DNA from: Candidatus Dormiibacterota bacterium
GTDB taxonomy: Bacteria; Chloroflexota; Dormibacteria; Aeolococcales; Bog-877
Direction: 5' to 3'
Length of the DNA: 64,000 bases
NCBI GenBank assembly: GCA_963804565.1
Contig: CAWDQV010000001.1
Span: 1,366,643 to 1,430,642, forward strand
Shown here: positions 28,229 to 37,810 of the stretch, one piece after another
Position numbering within the stretch: position 1 is the stretch's first letter
Layout: the number at the start of each line of letters is the position of its first letter
The notes under the pieces: generated by a model
The model's input: only the letters and a program-made list of their open reading frames with translations
Told to the model about the DNA's origin: nothing
Database searches by the model: none
Program-made: the position numbers and the translations under genes

Positions 28229-29164
28229 TCAGCCCAGCGTGCGGCGCAAGCCGTCGACGCCGAATGCGGAAATCGCAGCCCGTGCGGCGGCGGACCCATC
28301 CGACATCGACTGCTCCACCGCGATGCGGTCGACTCGGCCCAGCTGGGCCAGCCGACCTAGCAGGCCGCCCGCGAGAGCATCACCTGCGCCGGTGGGGTCG
28401 ACCACGGGCGCGCCCGGTGCTGCTGTAAATTCGCGGACACCGTCGGGCGCGACCACGACTGCGCCGCGGGGACCTAGCTTGAGTATGAGCAGACTAAGGT
28501 GCCACCGCGAGAGCACCTCGTTGGCCAGCTTGATTCCGCGGGCTCGCGACGCGGGGATGAGCGCCCGCAGCTCTGGCTCGTTAGCAAAGAGCATGCTGAC
28601 CCGCTGCAATAGTTGATCAAGCTCTGCACTGCTAGTGGCGATGAAGTCTCGCATGGTGTCGAGGGCCACCAAGAGCGCTCCCGGGCACTGCTCGAGAATC
28701 TCCAGCTGCCGGGCTGGGTGCATAGACCCAAGGAAGAGAATCTCGCTGGCTCGGGCTGAGGCTGACAGCTCCGGGTGCCAGTCGAGGTACACGCCCAGCT
28801 GCTGCTCCTCGGCGACCGGAACCGCGTCGATTGGGTGGTGTTCTGCCCGCCAGCGGTAGGTAGACCCCGGGAGCACCGCCACCCCGCTTGTGTCGGTGTT
28901 GGGGCCGTTGAGCAGTTCCAGCAAAGCGCGGCCATCAGGTCCGATCGCGGCGGCCACCCGCACCTTGCAGAATCGGCTGGCTGCCAGTGCGAAGTACAGC
29001 GCCGAACCGCCTGGGACTTCTCTCCGCCGTCCGGCGGCGGTGGTCAGATCGTCAATGCCCAGGGTGCCGCAGGCAGTGATCGACCAGTCGGAGCGGCCGC
29101 GCCGGGGTTCGCTAAGAGGCGGGGAAGAGTGGAATGACAGGCGCAAGCCCTCGGCTGCGCTCAT
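28229..29164 (-). CDS. PfkB-family carbohydrate kinase
   Basis: 311 aa with C-terminal DPTGAGDALAGG motif and ribokinase-like layout. Confidence 0.8.
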   Translation of the reverse strand: MSAAEGLRLSFHSSPPLSEPRRGRSDWSITACGTLGIDDLTTAAGRRREVPGGSALYFALAASRFCKVRVAAAIGPDGRALLELLNGPNTDTSGVAVLPGSTYRWRAEHHPIDAVPVAEEQQLGVYLDWHPELSASARASEILFLGSMHPARQLEILEQCPGALLVALDTMRDFIATSSAELDQLLQRVSMLFANEPELRALIPASRARGIKLANEVLSRWHLSLLILKLGPRGAVVVAPDGVREFTAAPGAPVVDPTGAGDALAGGLLGRLAQLGRVDRIAVEQSMSDGSAAARAAISAFGVDGLRRTLG

Positions 29165-29507
29165 CCTGGGCGGCCCGCATCAGCCGCGCCTGTACCAGGA
29201 AGAGGATGTGCCCTACGTGATCGGGATCGCGGCTCAGACCCAGGGCAACCCTCAGCCCCGGATCGACGGACTTCGCCAGCTCCGCAACTTGATCGAACAC
29301 CCAGCCGGTCACCACTCGGCTGGAACGCAGCCGGCAGCGCTCGACGTGCTCCAAAAGGACGTCGGAGGCCGCGAGGCGCTGCCTCGGAGTGCGTCGGTGC
29401 CGGGAGCGGAATGTGAGCTGAGCGCGGGCGGCCGCGATCTGAAGCGCGGTCACTTCATAAGGGTTGGTATAGGCGGCGCTCAACGACATGCGCGCCATCA
29501 TAACCAC
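29112..29507 (-). CDS. hypothetical protein
   Basis: 131-aa ORF with consistently G/C third positions, read by hand. No family recognised. Its 3' end overlaps the pfkB start by 53 nt. Confidence 0.4.
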   Translation of the reverse strand: MVMMARMSLSAAYTNPYEVTALQIAAARAQLTFRSRHRRTPRQRLAASDVLLEHVERCRLRSSRVVTGWVFDQVAELAKSVDPGLRVALGLSRDPDHVGHILFLVQARLMRAAQDERSRGLAPVIPLFPAS

Positions 29508-29521
29508 GGTCGGTTTGGCCT

Positions 29522-30109
29522 ATGCTCGAAGCCATGACGCAGCCCGAACTCGAACCTGAGGTGTTGATCCTCAGCCAGGAGCGCTTTGTGGGGCGGCGGC
29601 TCCGGATCACGGTCGATCGGGTTCGGCTGCAGGGGGGTCAGGAAGCCGAGCGCGAGGTGGTGCACCACCCAGGAGGGGTTGGGGTGGTCGCGATCGATGA
29701 CAACGGGTCGGTAGTGCTGGTCCGCCAGTATCGTCACGCCGCGAAGGAACTGCTCTGGGAGCTGCCGGCCGGCGGGCGTGAGCCCGGGGAATCGCCGCTG
29801 GAGACGGCGCGCCGCGAACTGGCGGAGGAGACGGGATTCGCCGCCGAGTCCTGGCTCGGGGTGGGAGCCACCTTCCTCGCGCCCGGATACAGTACCGAGC
29901 TTTTCTGGTACTTCCGGGCGACGGGGCTGACCAGAGTCGAGGGGGCCGCCCCGGACCCTGACGAGATCCTCCAGTCTCAGTCGTTTTCCCCGTCGGCGGT
30001 CGCCGAGCTCGCCTATCAGGGTCTTCTGAGAGACGCCAAGACCCTGGCGGGGCTGGCGCTGGCTGGAGCGCTCGACCTGGGCGCTCGGGAGAACGATCCC
30101 CACGGATAG
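29522..30109 (+). CDS. NUDIX hydrolase (ADP-ribose pyrophosphatase-like)
   Basis: Nudix box GGREPGESPLETARRELAEETG. Confidence 0.85.
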   Translation: MLEAMTQPELEPEVLILSQERFVGRRLRITVDRVRLQGGQEAEREVVHHPGGVGVVAIDDNGSVVLVRQYRHAAKELLWELPAGGREPGESPLETARRELAEETGFAAESWLGVGATFLAPGYSTELFWYFRATGLTRVEGAAPDPDEILQSQSFSPSAVAELAYQGLLRDAKTLAGLALAGALDLGARENDPHG

Positions 30110-30188
30110 CCCCTTGATAAAGAGGCGGGCCTAGACTGAGGAACCGGGAGCCGGCGACGCTTCAAAACGGACATTGGGGAGAGTTGAA

Positions 30189-30548
30189 ATGGGCAATCCG
30201 GTCGTGCACTTCGAGGTCGTCGGCAAAGACGGCAAGGGGCTCAAGGACTTTTACGGACAACTCTTCGCCTGGAAGATCGACTCCAGCAATCCGATGGATT
30301 ACGGGGTAGTCGAGACCGGCGGGATCGCCGGTGGAATCGCCGGGGGGAGTGACGAGGAGTCCTCCCGAGTCACCTTCTACGTCGAGGTCGACGATCTCCA
30401 GGCCAAACTGGATCAGGTCGAGAAGTTGGGGGGCAGGATCGTGGTGCCCGTGTCGGATATTCCCGGCGGCCCGACCATCGCCATGTTTCATGATCCCGAG
30501 GGCCACCTGATCGGCATGGTCAAGGCCGGGTACTACGCCGCGTCGTAG
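30189..30548 (+). CDS. VOC/glyoxalase-family protein
   Basis: MGNPVVHFEVVGKDG...FHDPEGHLIG, typical of small VOC proteins. The track ORF begins 15 nt upstream. Confidence 0.75.
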   Translation: MGNPVVHFEVVGKDGKGLKDFYGQLFAWKIDSSNPMDYGVVETGGIAGGIAGGSDEESSRVTFYVEVDDLQAKLDQVEKLGGRIVVPVSDIPGGPTIAMFHDPEGHLIGMVKAGYYAAS

Positions 30549-30733
30549 AGGACTGACGAGGCGTCCCCCAGTCGGCTGACGCCCACCGTTGGCGGCAGAC
30601 GGCCGCGACGAGCCCGGAGGGCCCACGCGGTGGTCGAACTGGGAAGACGCGTGCGGTTACGCTCACTGCGCTGCCGGGTTCTTCCACCGGCGCATGCAGA
30701 GGTTGAGTCCGCAATCGGTAGCGAGGGCCCAGG

Positions 30734-31135
30734 TTGATCTCCCAAGAGCTTCGAGTCGAGACCTCGGGAACTCGCTGCACCGATCTCACCGACCAACTCC
30801 GAAGCTTCTGCTCCGACAAGGGCGATGGGCTGGTCCTGGCGTTCGTGCCCCATGCCACGGCGGGACTGGTGCTGATCGAGCTGGGAGCGGGGAGCGAGGC
30901 CGACCTGCTGAGCTGGCTCGATCGGATGTTGCCCCGCGACAACTCTTACCGGCACCAGCACGGGAGCAGAGGACATGGTGCGGACCATCTGGTGCCGGCA
31001 GTTCTGAGCGCCTCGGTGCTGGTGCCAGTGCTTGAGGGCACGCCGCAGTTGGGAACCTGGCAGAGCCTGGCGCTGATCGATACCAACGCCGAGAACAATC
31101 AGCGGCGGGTCCGCTTCAGCTTCCTGTCTGGATAG
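30734..31135 (+). CDS. YjbQ/UPF0047 family protein (secondary thiamine-phosphate synthase-like)
   Basis: 133 aa with HATAGLVLIE...GHGADHL...LGTWQSLALID, typical of YjbQ. Confidence 0.8.
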   Translation: MISQELRVETSGTRCTDLTDQLRSFCSDKGDGLVLAFVPHATAGLVLIELGAGSEADLLSWLDRMLPRDNSYRHQHGSRGHGADHLVPAVLSASVLVPVLEGTPQLGTWQSLALIDTNAENNQRRVRFSFLSG

Positions 31136-31220
31136 GACCGCTGTCGGCCGCCGCAAGGGCTGCGCGGGGGCGACGTGCTGTCAGATCGGTCGGAGCGGAG
31201 GGCAGCCAGGGCAGTCGCCC

Positions 31221-32198
31221 TTATCCGCGGGCGGGGGCGTCGATCTGGCCGGCTGGGATGACGCCAAGCTTGCCAGCCCGGTAGTCCTCGAACGCCTGCT
31301 TCAACTCGTCAGCGCTGTTCATCACGAACGGTCCGTATTGAGCGACAGGCTCGCGGATCGGCTGGCCGCCCATGATCAGCACGTCCAGATTGGGGGTATT
31401 GCTGTCCTGGGTGACGTCGGCTGAGACGGTGATCGCGTCGCCGGAACCGAAGACGACCAGCTGCCCCATCCGGAACCTGGCACCAGCCGCTCCGACCGAA
31501 CCAGCACCCGAGAGCGCGTACACCAGGGCGTTGAAGTCAGGCCTCCACGGCAGGACCAACTGAGCTCCCGGGCTCAGGGTGACGTGAGCCAGGGCGATGG
31601 GCGTATGGGTGATACCGGGTCCGGAGTGTCCCGCCACATCGCCAGCGATTACGCGCACCAAGGCACCCCCGTCTGGCGAGGACAGCAGGGTCACCTTGCC
31701 TGCGCGGATGTCCTGGTAGCGCGGGGGAGACCACTTCTTCGCAGCCGGGAGGTTGACCCAGAGCTGAATGCCATGGAAGAGCCCGCCTGACATCACCAGC
31801 CGCTCCGGGGGGGTCTCGATGTGCAGGATTCCAGCGCCCGCTGTCATCCACTGGGTGTCGCCGTTGGTGATCAGGCCGCCACCTCCGTTCGAGTCCTGGT
31901 GCTGGAAGGTGCCGTCGATCATGTAGGTCACGGTCTCGAACCCACGATGGGGGTGCCACGGGGTGCCCTTGGGCTCCCCAGGGGCGTAATCGACCTCCCC
32001 CATCTGGTCCATGTGCACGAAGGGGTCGAGATCGGACTTGCTGACTCCGGCGAAGGCGCGGCGCACCGGGAAGCCCTCCCCTTCGAAGTCGCTGGGGGCG
32101 ACCGTGATCGAAACCACCGGCCGGCCGACCGTCAGAGTCGGGTCCAGTTGCGCGACGCGCGGTAGGGCTAGTGGGTTCTCCGCAGTGATTGCCGGCAT
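31221..32198 (-). CDS. pirin family protein
   Basis: 325 aa with bicupin motifs HPHRGFETVTYM and GDTQWMTAGAGILHIE. Confidence 0.9.
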   Translation of the reverse strand: MPAITAENPLALPRVAQLDPTLTVGRPVVSITVAPSDFEGEGFPVRRAFAGVSKSDLDPFVHMDQMGEVDYAPGEPKGTPWHPHRGFETVTYMIDGTFQHQDSNGGGGLITNGDTQWMTAGAGILHIETPPERLVMSGGLFHGIQLWVNLPAAKKWSPPRYQDIRAGKVTLLSSPDGGALVRVIAGDVAGHSGPGITHTPIALAHVTLSPGAQLVLPWRPDFNALVYALSGAGSVGAAGARFRMGQLVVFGSGDAITVSADVTQDSNTPNLDVLIMGGQPIREPVAQYGPFVMNSADELKQAFEDYRAGKLGVIPAGQIDAPARG

Positions 32199-32250
32199 TC
32201 TGGACTCCTTGGCGGACGGGCCTCGTCCTGTGACAGTAGTTGCTTCCGCA

Positions 32251-32256
32251 ATTATA
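32251..32256 (-). promoter_or_regulatory. consensus -10 hexamer TATAAT upstream of pirin
   Basis: The minus strand reads GAGGTATAATTGC, followed by RBS AAGGAG and ATG 32198. No good -35 seen. Confidence 0.35.
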
Positions 32257-32281
32257 CCTCGCCGCGGAGATTTCCGCCGCC

Positions 32282-34330
32282 TCAGGCGCTAGCTGCTTCC
32301 CGGTTGTGAAGCTGCTGCTGGCGAGCGGCGATGATCGGCTGGGCCACCTGGGAGGGGACCTCCTCGTAGTGGTCGAAGATCATGGTGTACCGTCCTCGAC
32401 CCTGAGTCATGGCTCTGAGCTCGATCGGGAACTGGTACATCTCCACCAAAGGTACCCGGGCCGTCACCTGCTCGAGTTCGGTACCGACCGGTGTCATCCC
32501 GCCGATGTGGCCCCGCCGCGCGTTGAGCTGGCCGATGACCTCTCCCATGTGAGCGGCCGGGACGACGACCGACACCTCCATGATCGGTTCCAGGAGGTAG
32601 GCGCCGGCCTTCTCCACGGCCTCGCGCAGGGCCATCCCACCGGCCAACTGGAAGGCGATGTCCTTGCCATCGACGGGGTGGGTCGAGCCGTCCACCAAAC
32701 GGACCTTGATGTCCACGACTGGGTAGCCGGCCAACACGCCCTGGTCCAACGCCTGGCGCACCCCTTTCTCCACCGAGAGACGGAAGGGCTGGGGGATTGC
32801 CCCGCCGAAGATCTTGTCCTCCCAGACGAACCCGCCGCCCCGCGGCAGCGGTTCTACCTCCAGGGTGCAATCCCCGTAGAGACCGGCACCGCCCGACTGC
32901 TTCTTGTACTTGTGCTGCTGGCGAGCGGTTGCACGTATCGACTCTTGGTAGGGGACGGTGGGCAGCGCCAGCACCGCCTCGACCTGGTACTTGCGCCGCA
33001 GTTTCTCGAGCGTGACCTCGAGGTGGACATCTCCTAGGCCGTGGAGAAGCGTCTCGTGGGTGCCGGGCTCACGCTCGATCCTGAGGGTTGGATCCTCCTC
33101 GAGGATGTGGTTGAGCCCGGCATGGATCTTCTCCTCATCGCCCTTCGACTTGGGCCTGATGGCCATCGTGTACGAGGTTGGCGGGAACTCCGGAATCGGG
33201 TTGGCCGTCGCCCCCTTGGGTCCCAGGGTGTCGCCGGTCGCCACGTGGATCAGCTTCGTCGCCGCTCCGATCTCGCCGGCGACGAGTTGGTCGACCGGCT
33301 CGAGCGTCTTGCCCTTGGGCCGCAGTGGCTTGGCAATCCTCTCCTCCGCCCCTGTGCGCGAGTTGAAGAGGTGGGCGTCAGCCTTCAGGATTCCCGTGAC
33401 CACCCGAAAGTAGGAGATCTTGCCAAAAGGGTCGGCAACCGTTTTGAAGAAGTAGAGCGTTGGGGGGCCGGCCTGCTCTGGAGCCGGACTCAACCGACCG
33501 AGACAGTTGGCGACGGCGTCCAGAACCGGCCGCGCGCCCAGGGCGTGCGCGGGGGCCGCCACGAGAACTGGCGCCAATTTGCCCCCGGCAGTCGCGTCGT
33601 GGAGTGCCTGGAGAAGCTGATCAGGCGAGGGTTCCTCGCCGTCGAGATAGCGTTCCAGGAGTTGATCGTCAGTTTCGGCGATCGCCTCGACCAGTTCCTG
33701 GCGCCGCTGGGCGACAGCGCCCGTGAGCTCGTCTGGGCAGTCAGCCTCGCTGTAGCCCCCTTGGGGGTCGAAGATCAGGGCCTTTCCGGAGAGCAGATCG
33801 ACCGCCCCTCTGAATGAATGCTCGACTCCGATGGGGATCTGAAGCGCGATCGGTCTGGGGGTGAGGCGTCGCTGCAGGCCTGCGTAGGTAGCCTCGAAGT
33901 CCGCGTGCTCCTTGTCCAGCTTGGTGAAAACGATCAGCCGGGGCAGCTGGCGTTCTGCCAGCAGGTCCCAGGTGCTCTCCGCGCCCACGGGCAGATTGCC
34001 ACCAGCATTGGCGCCGACCACTACCACCGCCGCGTCTGCGACGGAAAGGGCTTCCAATACCTCACCCTCGAAGTCCTGGAAGCCGGGCGTGTCCAGCAGC
34101 GCGAGCTCGGCGTCCTTCCATCTCAGGCAAGCGATCCCGAGCTGCACCGAGATGTGACGCCGCTGCTCCTCCGGCTCGTAATCCAGGAGCGACGTGCCCT
34201 GGTCGGTTGACCCGAGCCTATTAGACGCCCCAGCAGCGAAGATCAGCGACTCCGCAAGGGTGGTCTTACCGTCGTGGCTGTGGCCCAGGATGGCAACGTT
34301 CAGCCCGGGGCCCCGTGCGCCCTCTCCCAT
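32282..34330 (-). CDS. elongation factor G paralogue (EF-G2-like translational GTPase)
   Basis: 682-aa intact ORF with the five-domain EF-G layout. G1 GHSHDGKTT, G3 DTPG, G4 TKLD. Confidence 0.85.
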   Translation of the reverse strand: MGEGARGPGLNVAILGHSHDGKTTLAESLIFAAGASNRLGSTDQGTSLLDYEPEEQRRHISVQLGIACLRWKDAELALLDTPGFQDFEGEVLEALSVADAAVVVVGANAGGNLPVGAESTWDLLAERQLPRLIVFTKLDKEHADFEATYAGLQRRLTPRPIALQIPIGVEHSFRGAVDLLSGKALIFDPQGGYSEADCPDELTGAVAQRRQELVEAIAETDDQLLERYLDGEEPSPDQLLQALHDATAGGKLAPVLVAAPAHALGARPVLDAVANCLGRLSPAPEQAGPPTLYFFKTVADPFGKISYFRVVTGILKADAHLFNSRTGAEERIAKPLRPKGKTLEPVDQLVAGEIGAATKLIHVATGDTLGPKGATANPIPEFPPTSYTMAIRPKSKGDEEKIHAGLNHILEEDPTLRIEREPGTHETLLHGLGDVHLEVTLEKLRRKYQVEAVLALPTVPYQESIRATARQQHKYKKQSGGAGLYGDCTLEVEPLPRGGGFVWEDKIFGGAIPQPFRLSVEKGVRQALDQGVLAGYPVVDIKVRLVDGSTHPVDGKDIAFQLAGGMALREAVEKAGAYLLEPIMEVSVVVPAAHMGEVIGQLNARRGHIGGMTPVGTELEQVTARVPLVEMYQFPIELRAMTQGRGRYTMIFDHYEEVPSQVAQPIIAARQQQLHNREAASA

Positions 34331-34365
34331 TGCAGGGCTGATTCTAGGCCGACCCTGCCGACAGT

Positions 34366-35523
34366 GTGACTAACTGCCGCAAACTGGCAGCGATGACCAC
34401 CGAGGCCACCAGGTCGCCCGTGGTGCGGCTGATCGCACCCTACCCCAACCTGGCCACGCTGGGCGCTCGAAGCCAGATCTGCCTGCTAGTGGAGGCAGGC
34501 GCGGATCCAGCACAGTTAGCGACCACGCTGGCCCAGATCGGGCCTGATCGAGTAGATCCCGCCGCGAACGGCGCGACCTTGATCCAAGGAAGGTTGGGCC
34601 AGTTGCTGGGTGGATTGCGCGAATTGAGGGGAGAGCCTGCCGACTGGCGAGTGACACATGCGCTCAGAGAGGCGGTCGAGCACCTCAGCGGCCCTCCCCC
34701 CAAGCTCCGCCTGGGCGAGGGGTTCTGGGAATTCGGAGCTCGGACCTACATTCTGGGAGTGGTCAACGTGACCCCGGACTCCTTCAGCGGAGATGGAGTC
34801 GGCAGCAGTCCCGAAGCGGCTCTGGCGCGTGCCCAGCGACTGGTCGACGAGGGCGCCGATGCGATCGATCTCGGCGGGGAGAGCACGCGTCCCGGACACC
34901 ATGAGATCTCGGTCGACGAGGAGCTCAGCCGGGTGGTGCCGGCCGTGCGCCTGCTGGCAGATGACCTCGCTGTGCCGATCTTCGTGGACACCAGCAAGGC
35001 CGAGGTGGCAAGGGAGGCGCTGGAAGCAGGGGCCGACGGTGTGAACGATATCTGGGGACTTCGGCGGGACCGCGAGATGGCCGCCGTGGTGGCGTCAGCT
35101 GGCGCGCCGGTGATCTGCATGCACAACCAAGTCGGCACCGATTACCTGGACCTGCTCGGCGAGGTTCTCGCCCAGCTTCGCGAGTCGCTCCGGCTTGCCG
35201 AGGGCGCTGGGATTGGCCGGGGGCAGGTCGTGCTGGATCCCGGGATTGGATTCGGCAAGGCGCCCCCCCAGAATTACGAAGTCCTGCGACGTCTCCTGGA
35301 GCTGCGCACCCTGGGCTGCCCCATCCTCGTCGGAACCTCGCGCAAGTCGCTGATCGGCTGGCTGCTCGACCAGCGCCCAGTCGACGGACGGCTCCTGGGC
35401 ACGGCTGCCACCGTTGCCTGGTCGATCGTCTCGGGTGCGGATATCGTGCGGGTCCACGACGTCGCTCAGATCCGCGACGTAGTCCGGGTCACCGATGAGC
35501 TCGCCCGGCGCTTTCCAGGTTGA
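34366..35523 (+). CDS. folP: dihydropteroate synthase with ~110-aa N-terminal extension
   Basis: The core starts at TYILGVVNVTPDSFSGDG. Motifs: DLGGESTRPG, DPGIGFGK. The extension has coding-like third positions. An alternative ATG lies at 34393. Confidence 0.85.
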   Translation: MTNCRKLAAMTTEATRSPVVRLIAPYPNLATLGARSQICLLVEAGADPAQLATTLAQIGPDRVDPAANGATLIQGRLGQLLGGLRELRGEPADWRVTHALREAVEHLSGPPPKLRLGEGFWEFGARTYILGVVNVTPDSFSGDGVGSSPEAALARAQRLVDEGADAIDLGGESTRPGHHEISVDEELSRVVPAVRLLADDLAVPIFVDTSKAEVAREALEAGADGVNDIWGLRRDREMAAVVASAGAPVICMHNQVGTDYLDLLGEVLAQLRESLRLAEGAGIGRGQVVLDPGIGFGKAPPQNYEVLRRLLELRTLGCPILVGTSRKSLIGWLLDQRPVDGRLLGTAATVAWSIVSGADIVRVHDVAQIRDVVRVTDELARRFPG

Positions 35524-35529
35524 ACCAAG

Positions 35530-36057
35530 GTGGCTTCATCGGATCCGAGCCCACGCGTGCTCCTGGCGCTCGGCAGCAACCTGGCACCACGGCCCGCGTG
35601 GCTGGACCTTGCCCTCGACTTCTTAGCTGAGGAAGGCATCTCGGTGCTCAGCTCAACCCCGCAATGGAACACGAGTCCGATCGGACCGATTTCCCAGCCG
35701 GACTTCCTGAACCAGCTCCTGCTGGTTTCGGGTGAGCGACGGGGATTGGGCTGGCTGGAGCTGGCCAAGGACGCAGAGACGCGCGCCGGGCGTCTCCGTC
35801 AGGTGACCGGGGGCCCTCGCACCCTCGACGTCGATGTGATCCTGATCGAGGGCCAGCGCTGGGATCTTCCCGAGCTGACTGTGCCCCACCCTGCGCTTCT
35901 AGTTCGGCAATATCTCCTTCGAGGCGCCGCAAAGTTGGTGCCGAAGTGGATCCACCCGATCGAAGGTCTCTCCATGGCGGAATTGGCCAGGAACCGGCTG
36001 GTCGGCGATCACAGGGCTAGAGCGGAAGCCGATCCGCCAGAGCCGGGGTGGCCTTGA
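35530..36057 (+). CDS. folK: 2-amino-4-hydroxy-6-hydroxymethyldihydropteridine diphosphokinase
   Basis: 175 aa with LALGSNL, RTLDVDVI and VPHP motifs. Directly follows folP. Confidence 0.85.
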   Translation: MASSDPSPRVLLALGSNLAPRPAWLDLALDFLAEEGISVLSSTPQWNTSPIGPISQPDFLNQLLLVSGERRGLGWLELAKDAETRAGRLRQVTGGPRTLDVDVILIEGQRWDLPELTVPHPALLVRQYLLRGAAKLVPKWIHPIEGLSMAELARNRLVGDHRARAEADPPEPGWP

Positions 36058-36658
36058 GAGTCGCCGCGATCACTTCGCACGGCGGATTCAGGTCGGGGGG
36101 CTCACTCAGATCGAGATACCAAGCTTGCTCAGCTTGGAAGCGCTCCACCAGGATGCCGCCATCCCGAGCCGCCAGCCCGATCCTCACCGACCTGGCCTCC
36201 TGATCGGGAACCGCCCGCTGGAGCAGGCCATCCACCGTGCTCAGCCAGCCGCTGACTTCGCTCAGCTCTCGCACCTCGTAGCCGCCTTCACCCAGGTCAA
36301 ATTCGGCCACCAACTCGACGAAGGGTCGGGGCAGGTTGTGCCGGTGTGAGCACGCCTCCTCTTCGTCGTGGTAGAGCTCGCAGTCGCTGCCGGGGCCGTA
36401 GGCACCGACGTAGGTGAGGAGGGCGTCCCAGTGGAAGTGCAGGGTAGCCGCGTACCGATGCGGTGGCTCGCTCGCGGGAAGTCGCACTGAGGCGTGGAAG
36501 GTGCGCTCCCCACTGCTCGGTTCCAGCTCGTGTCCCACATCGTGGACCACCAGCGAAGCCCGTTCCAGTCCATCCAGCAGCTCGGCGGCCAGCTCCTCAT
36601 AGGTGGGGAAGTAGGCCTCACCGGTCTCAGCGGCTTCTCCCGAGCCTTCTCTCTTCAT
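36017..36658 (-). CDS. hypothetical acidic protein, translationally coupled to FemAB
   Basis: Trimmed to ATG 36658, which overlaps the FemAB stop (ATGA). 213 aa. No family recognised. Confidence 0.5.
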   Translation of the reverse strand: MKREGSGEAAETGEAYFPTYEELAAELLDGLERASLVVHDVGHELEPSSGERTFHASVRLPASEPPHRYAATLHFHWDALLTYVGAYGPGSDCELYHDEEEACSHRHNLPRPFVELVAEFDLGEGGYEVRELSEVSGWLSTVDGLLQRAVPDQEARSVRIGLAARDGGILVERFQAEQAWYLDLSEPPDLNPPCEVIAATLKATPALADRLPL

Positions 36659-37689
36659 CTCCTGCCTCGAGTTCTCGCCTTGCGACGGGCCGCGTCTGCT
36701 ACTGCCAGGATGGTTGCGCCGGCCGGGCGAAGCTGCAGGAATCTGGATCCTGCGTAGTGGATCTGCTCGCCACCAAAGCCGAGTTTGAACTGCGCCAACC
36801 CTCGCCATGGATGGCCGGGGTCCTGGTTCTCTGGAATCCCCCAGAGATCGTAGTGATGACATCCCTCCTCTCGGGCTCGTAGCATCGCTCGCCACTGGAG
36901 GAGCTGGTTGGGCATCCGGTCCCGATGACGCCCGGTGGCACCTCCGTATAGATAGACCGCCTCACCAGCGAAGGAGGCGGTCAGGATGGCCGCGACCACC
37001 TCTCTATCCACCTGGGCCGCCAGGATGCGGGCGCTGCCATGGAGTTGCTCCATCACCTCGGCCAGATGCTGGGCGCTGGGGAGGTGGATCCGCTGTCGCT
37101 CCTCGGTCGCCTCGATGCAGGCCTTCAGCTCGGCAACGGTCGCTTCCTCGTTGATCACCACACCTCGGCGCTCCGCCAGCCTGACGTTGTAGCGGGCCTT
37201 GGAGTGAAAGCTGTCCAGGATCGCCGGCGGCTCTGGTCGAAGGTCTACCACGACCGTCGCGATCGGCTGGCGTGCGTGACCGGGCGCCCATCCCAACCAC
37301 GGGTGTTCCGTCGGTACTGCGCCCTCGGTCCAGGGCACCTCGACCTCCAGGGCCAGGGCGCGTCGTGTACGGCCGAGATCGACCAAAGCAGCCAGAACCG
37401 CGCGGAAGCTCTCCAAGTCGGACGCTGCACAAGCCGGTCCCCGTGGCACGTAGATGCGGGAGAAGCCGGGCAGGCCGCTCTTGGTCACCTGAGCCGAAAC
37501 CGGAAGTGTTCCGGCCGAGGTCGGCACCTCGAGCCGGTGGGTCTCCCAGCCGGCTTTGGACTGGACCTCGCCCCAGCTGTAGGACTGCAGTAGATTGGCC
37601 GCCGGCCACTGACCAAGGCGCGCATCCCAGTCCGCCGCCGCCCGCGACTCTACCGGCGCCATCACCGGGGAATTCTGGCAGACGGCCAC
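36655..37689 (-). CDS. FemAB-family peptidoglycan interpeptide-bridge aminoacyltransferase
   Basis: 344 aa with LLQSYSWGEVQ, RYNVRLAERRGV, AVYLYGGATG and the conserved tail GLAQFKLGFGG. Confidence 0.8.
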   Translation of the reverse strand: MAVCQNSPVMAPVESRAAADWDARLGQWPAANLLQSYSWGEVQSKAGWETHRLEVPTSAGTLPVSAQVTKSGLPGFSRIYVPRGPACAASDLESFRAVLAALVDLGRTRRALALEVEVPWTEGAVPTEHPWLGWAPGHARQPIATVVVDLRPEPPAILDSFHSKARYNVRLAERRGVVINEEATVAELKACIEATEERQRIHLPSAQHLAEVMEQLHGSARILAAQVDREVVAAILTASFAGEAVYLYGGATGRHRDRMPNQLLQWRAMLRAREEGCHHYDLWGIPENQDPGHPWRGLAQFKLGFGGEQIHYAGSRFLQLRPAGATILAVADAARRKARTRGRR

Positions 37690-37810
37690 TTCAGGACCGT
37701 CGATGCGCCTCCAAAACTGAAGCTATCCTGTGCTAGTATCGCGCGGTCCGCAAGTGGGGAGGGCGGCCCCGATTTTTCTTCGGGTTGCCCTATTGGAGCT
37801 ACTCGGCAGA

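Noticed and set aside
30549-30733. TPP riboswitch or other leader upstream of yjbQ
   Set aside because: No CUGAGA/ACCUGA-type TPP core is present. There is only a weak GGCGTC...GACGCC stem, which could equally be the terminator of the preceding VOC gene.
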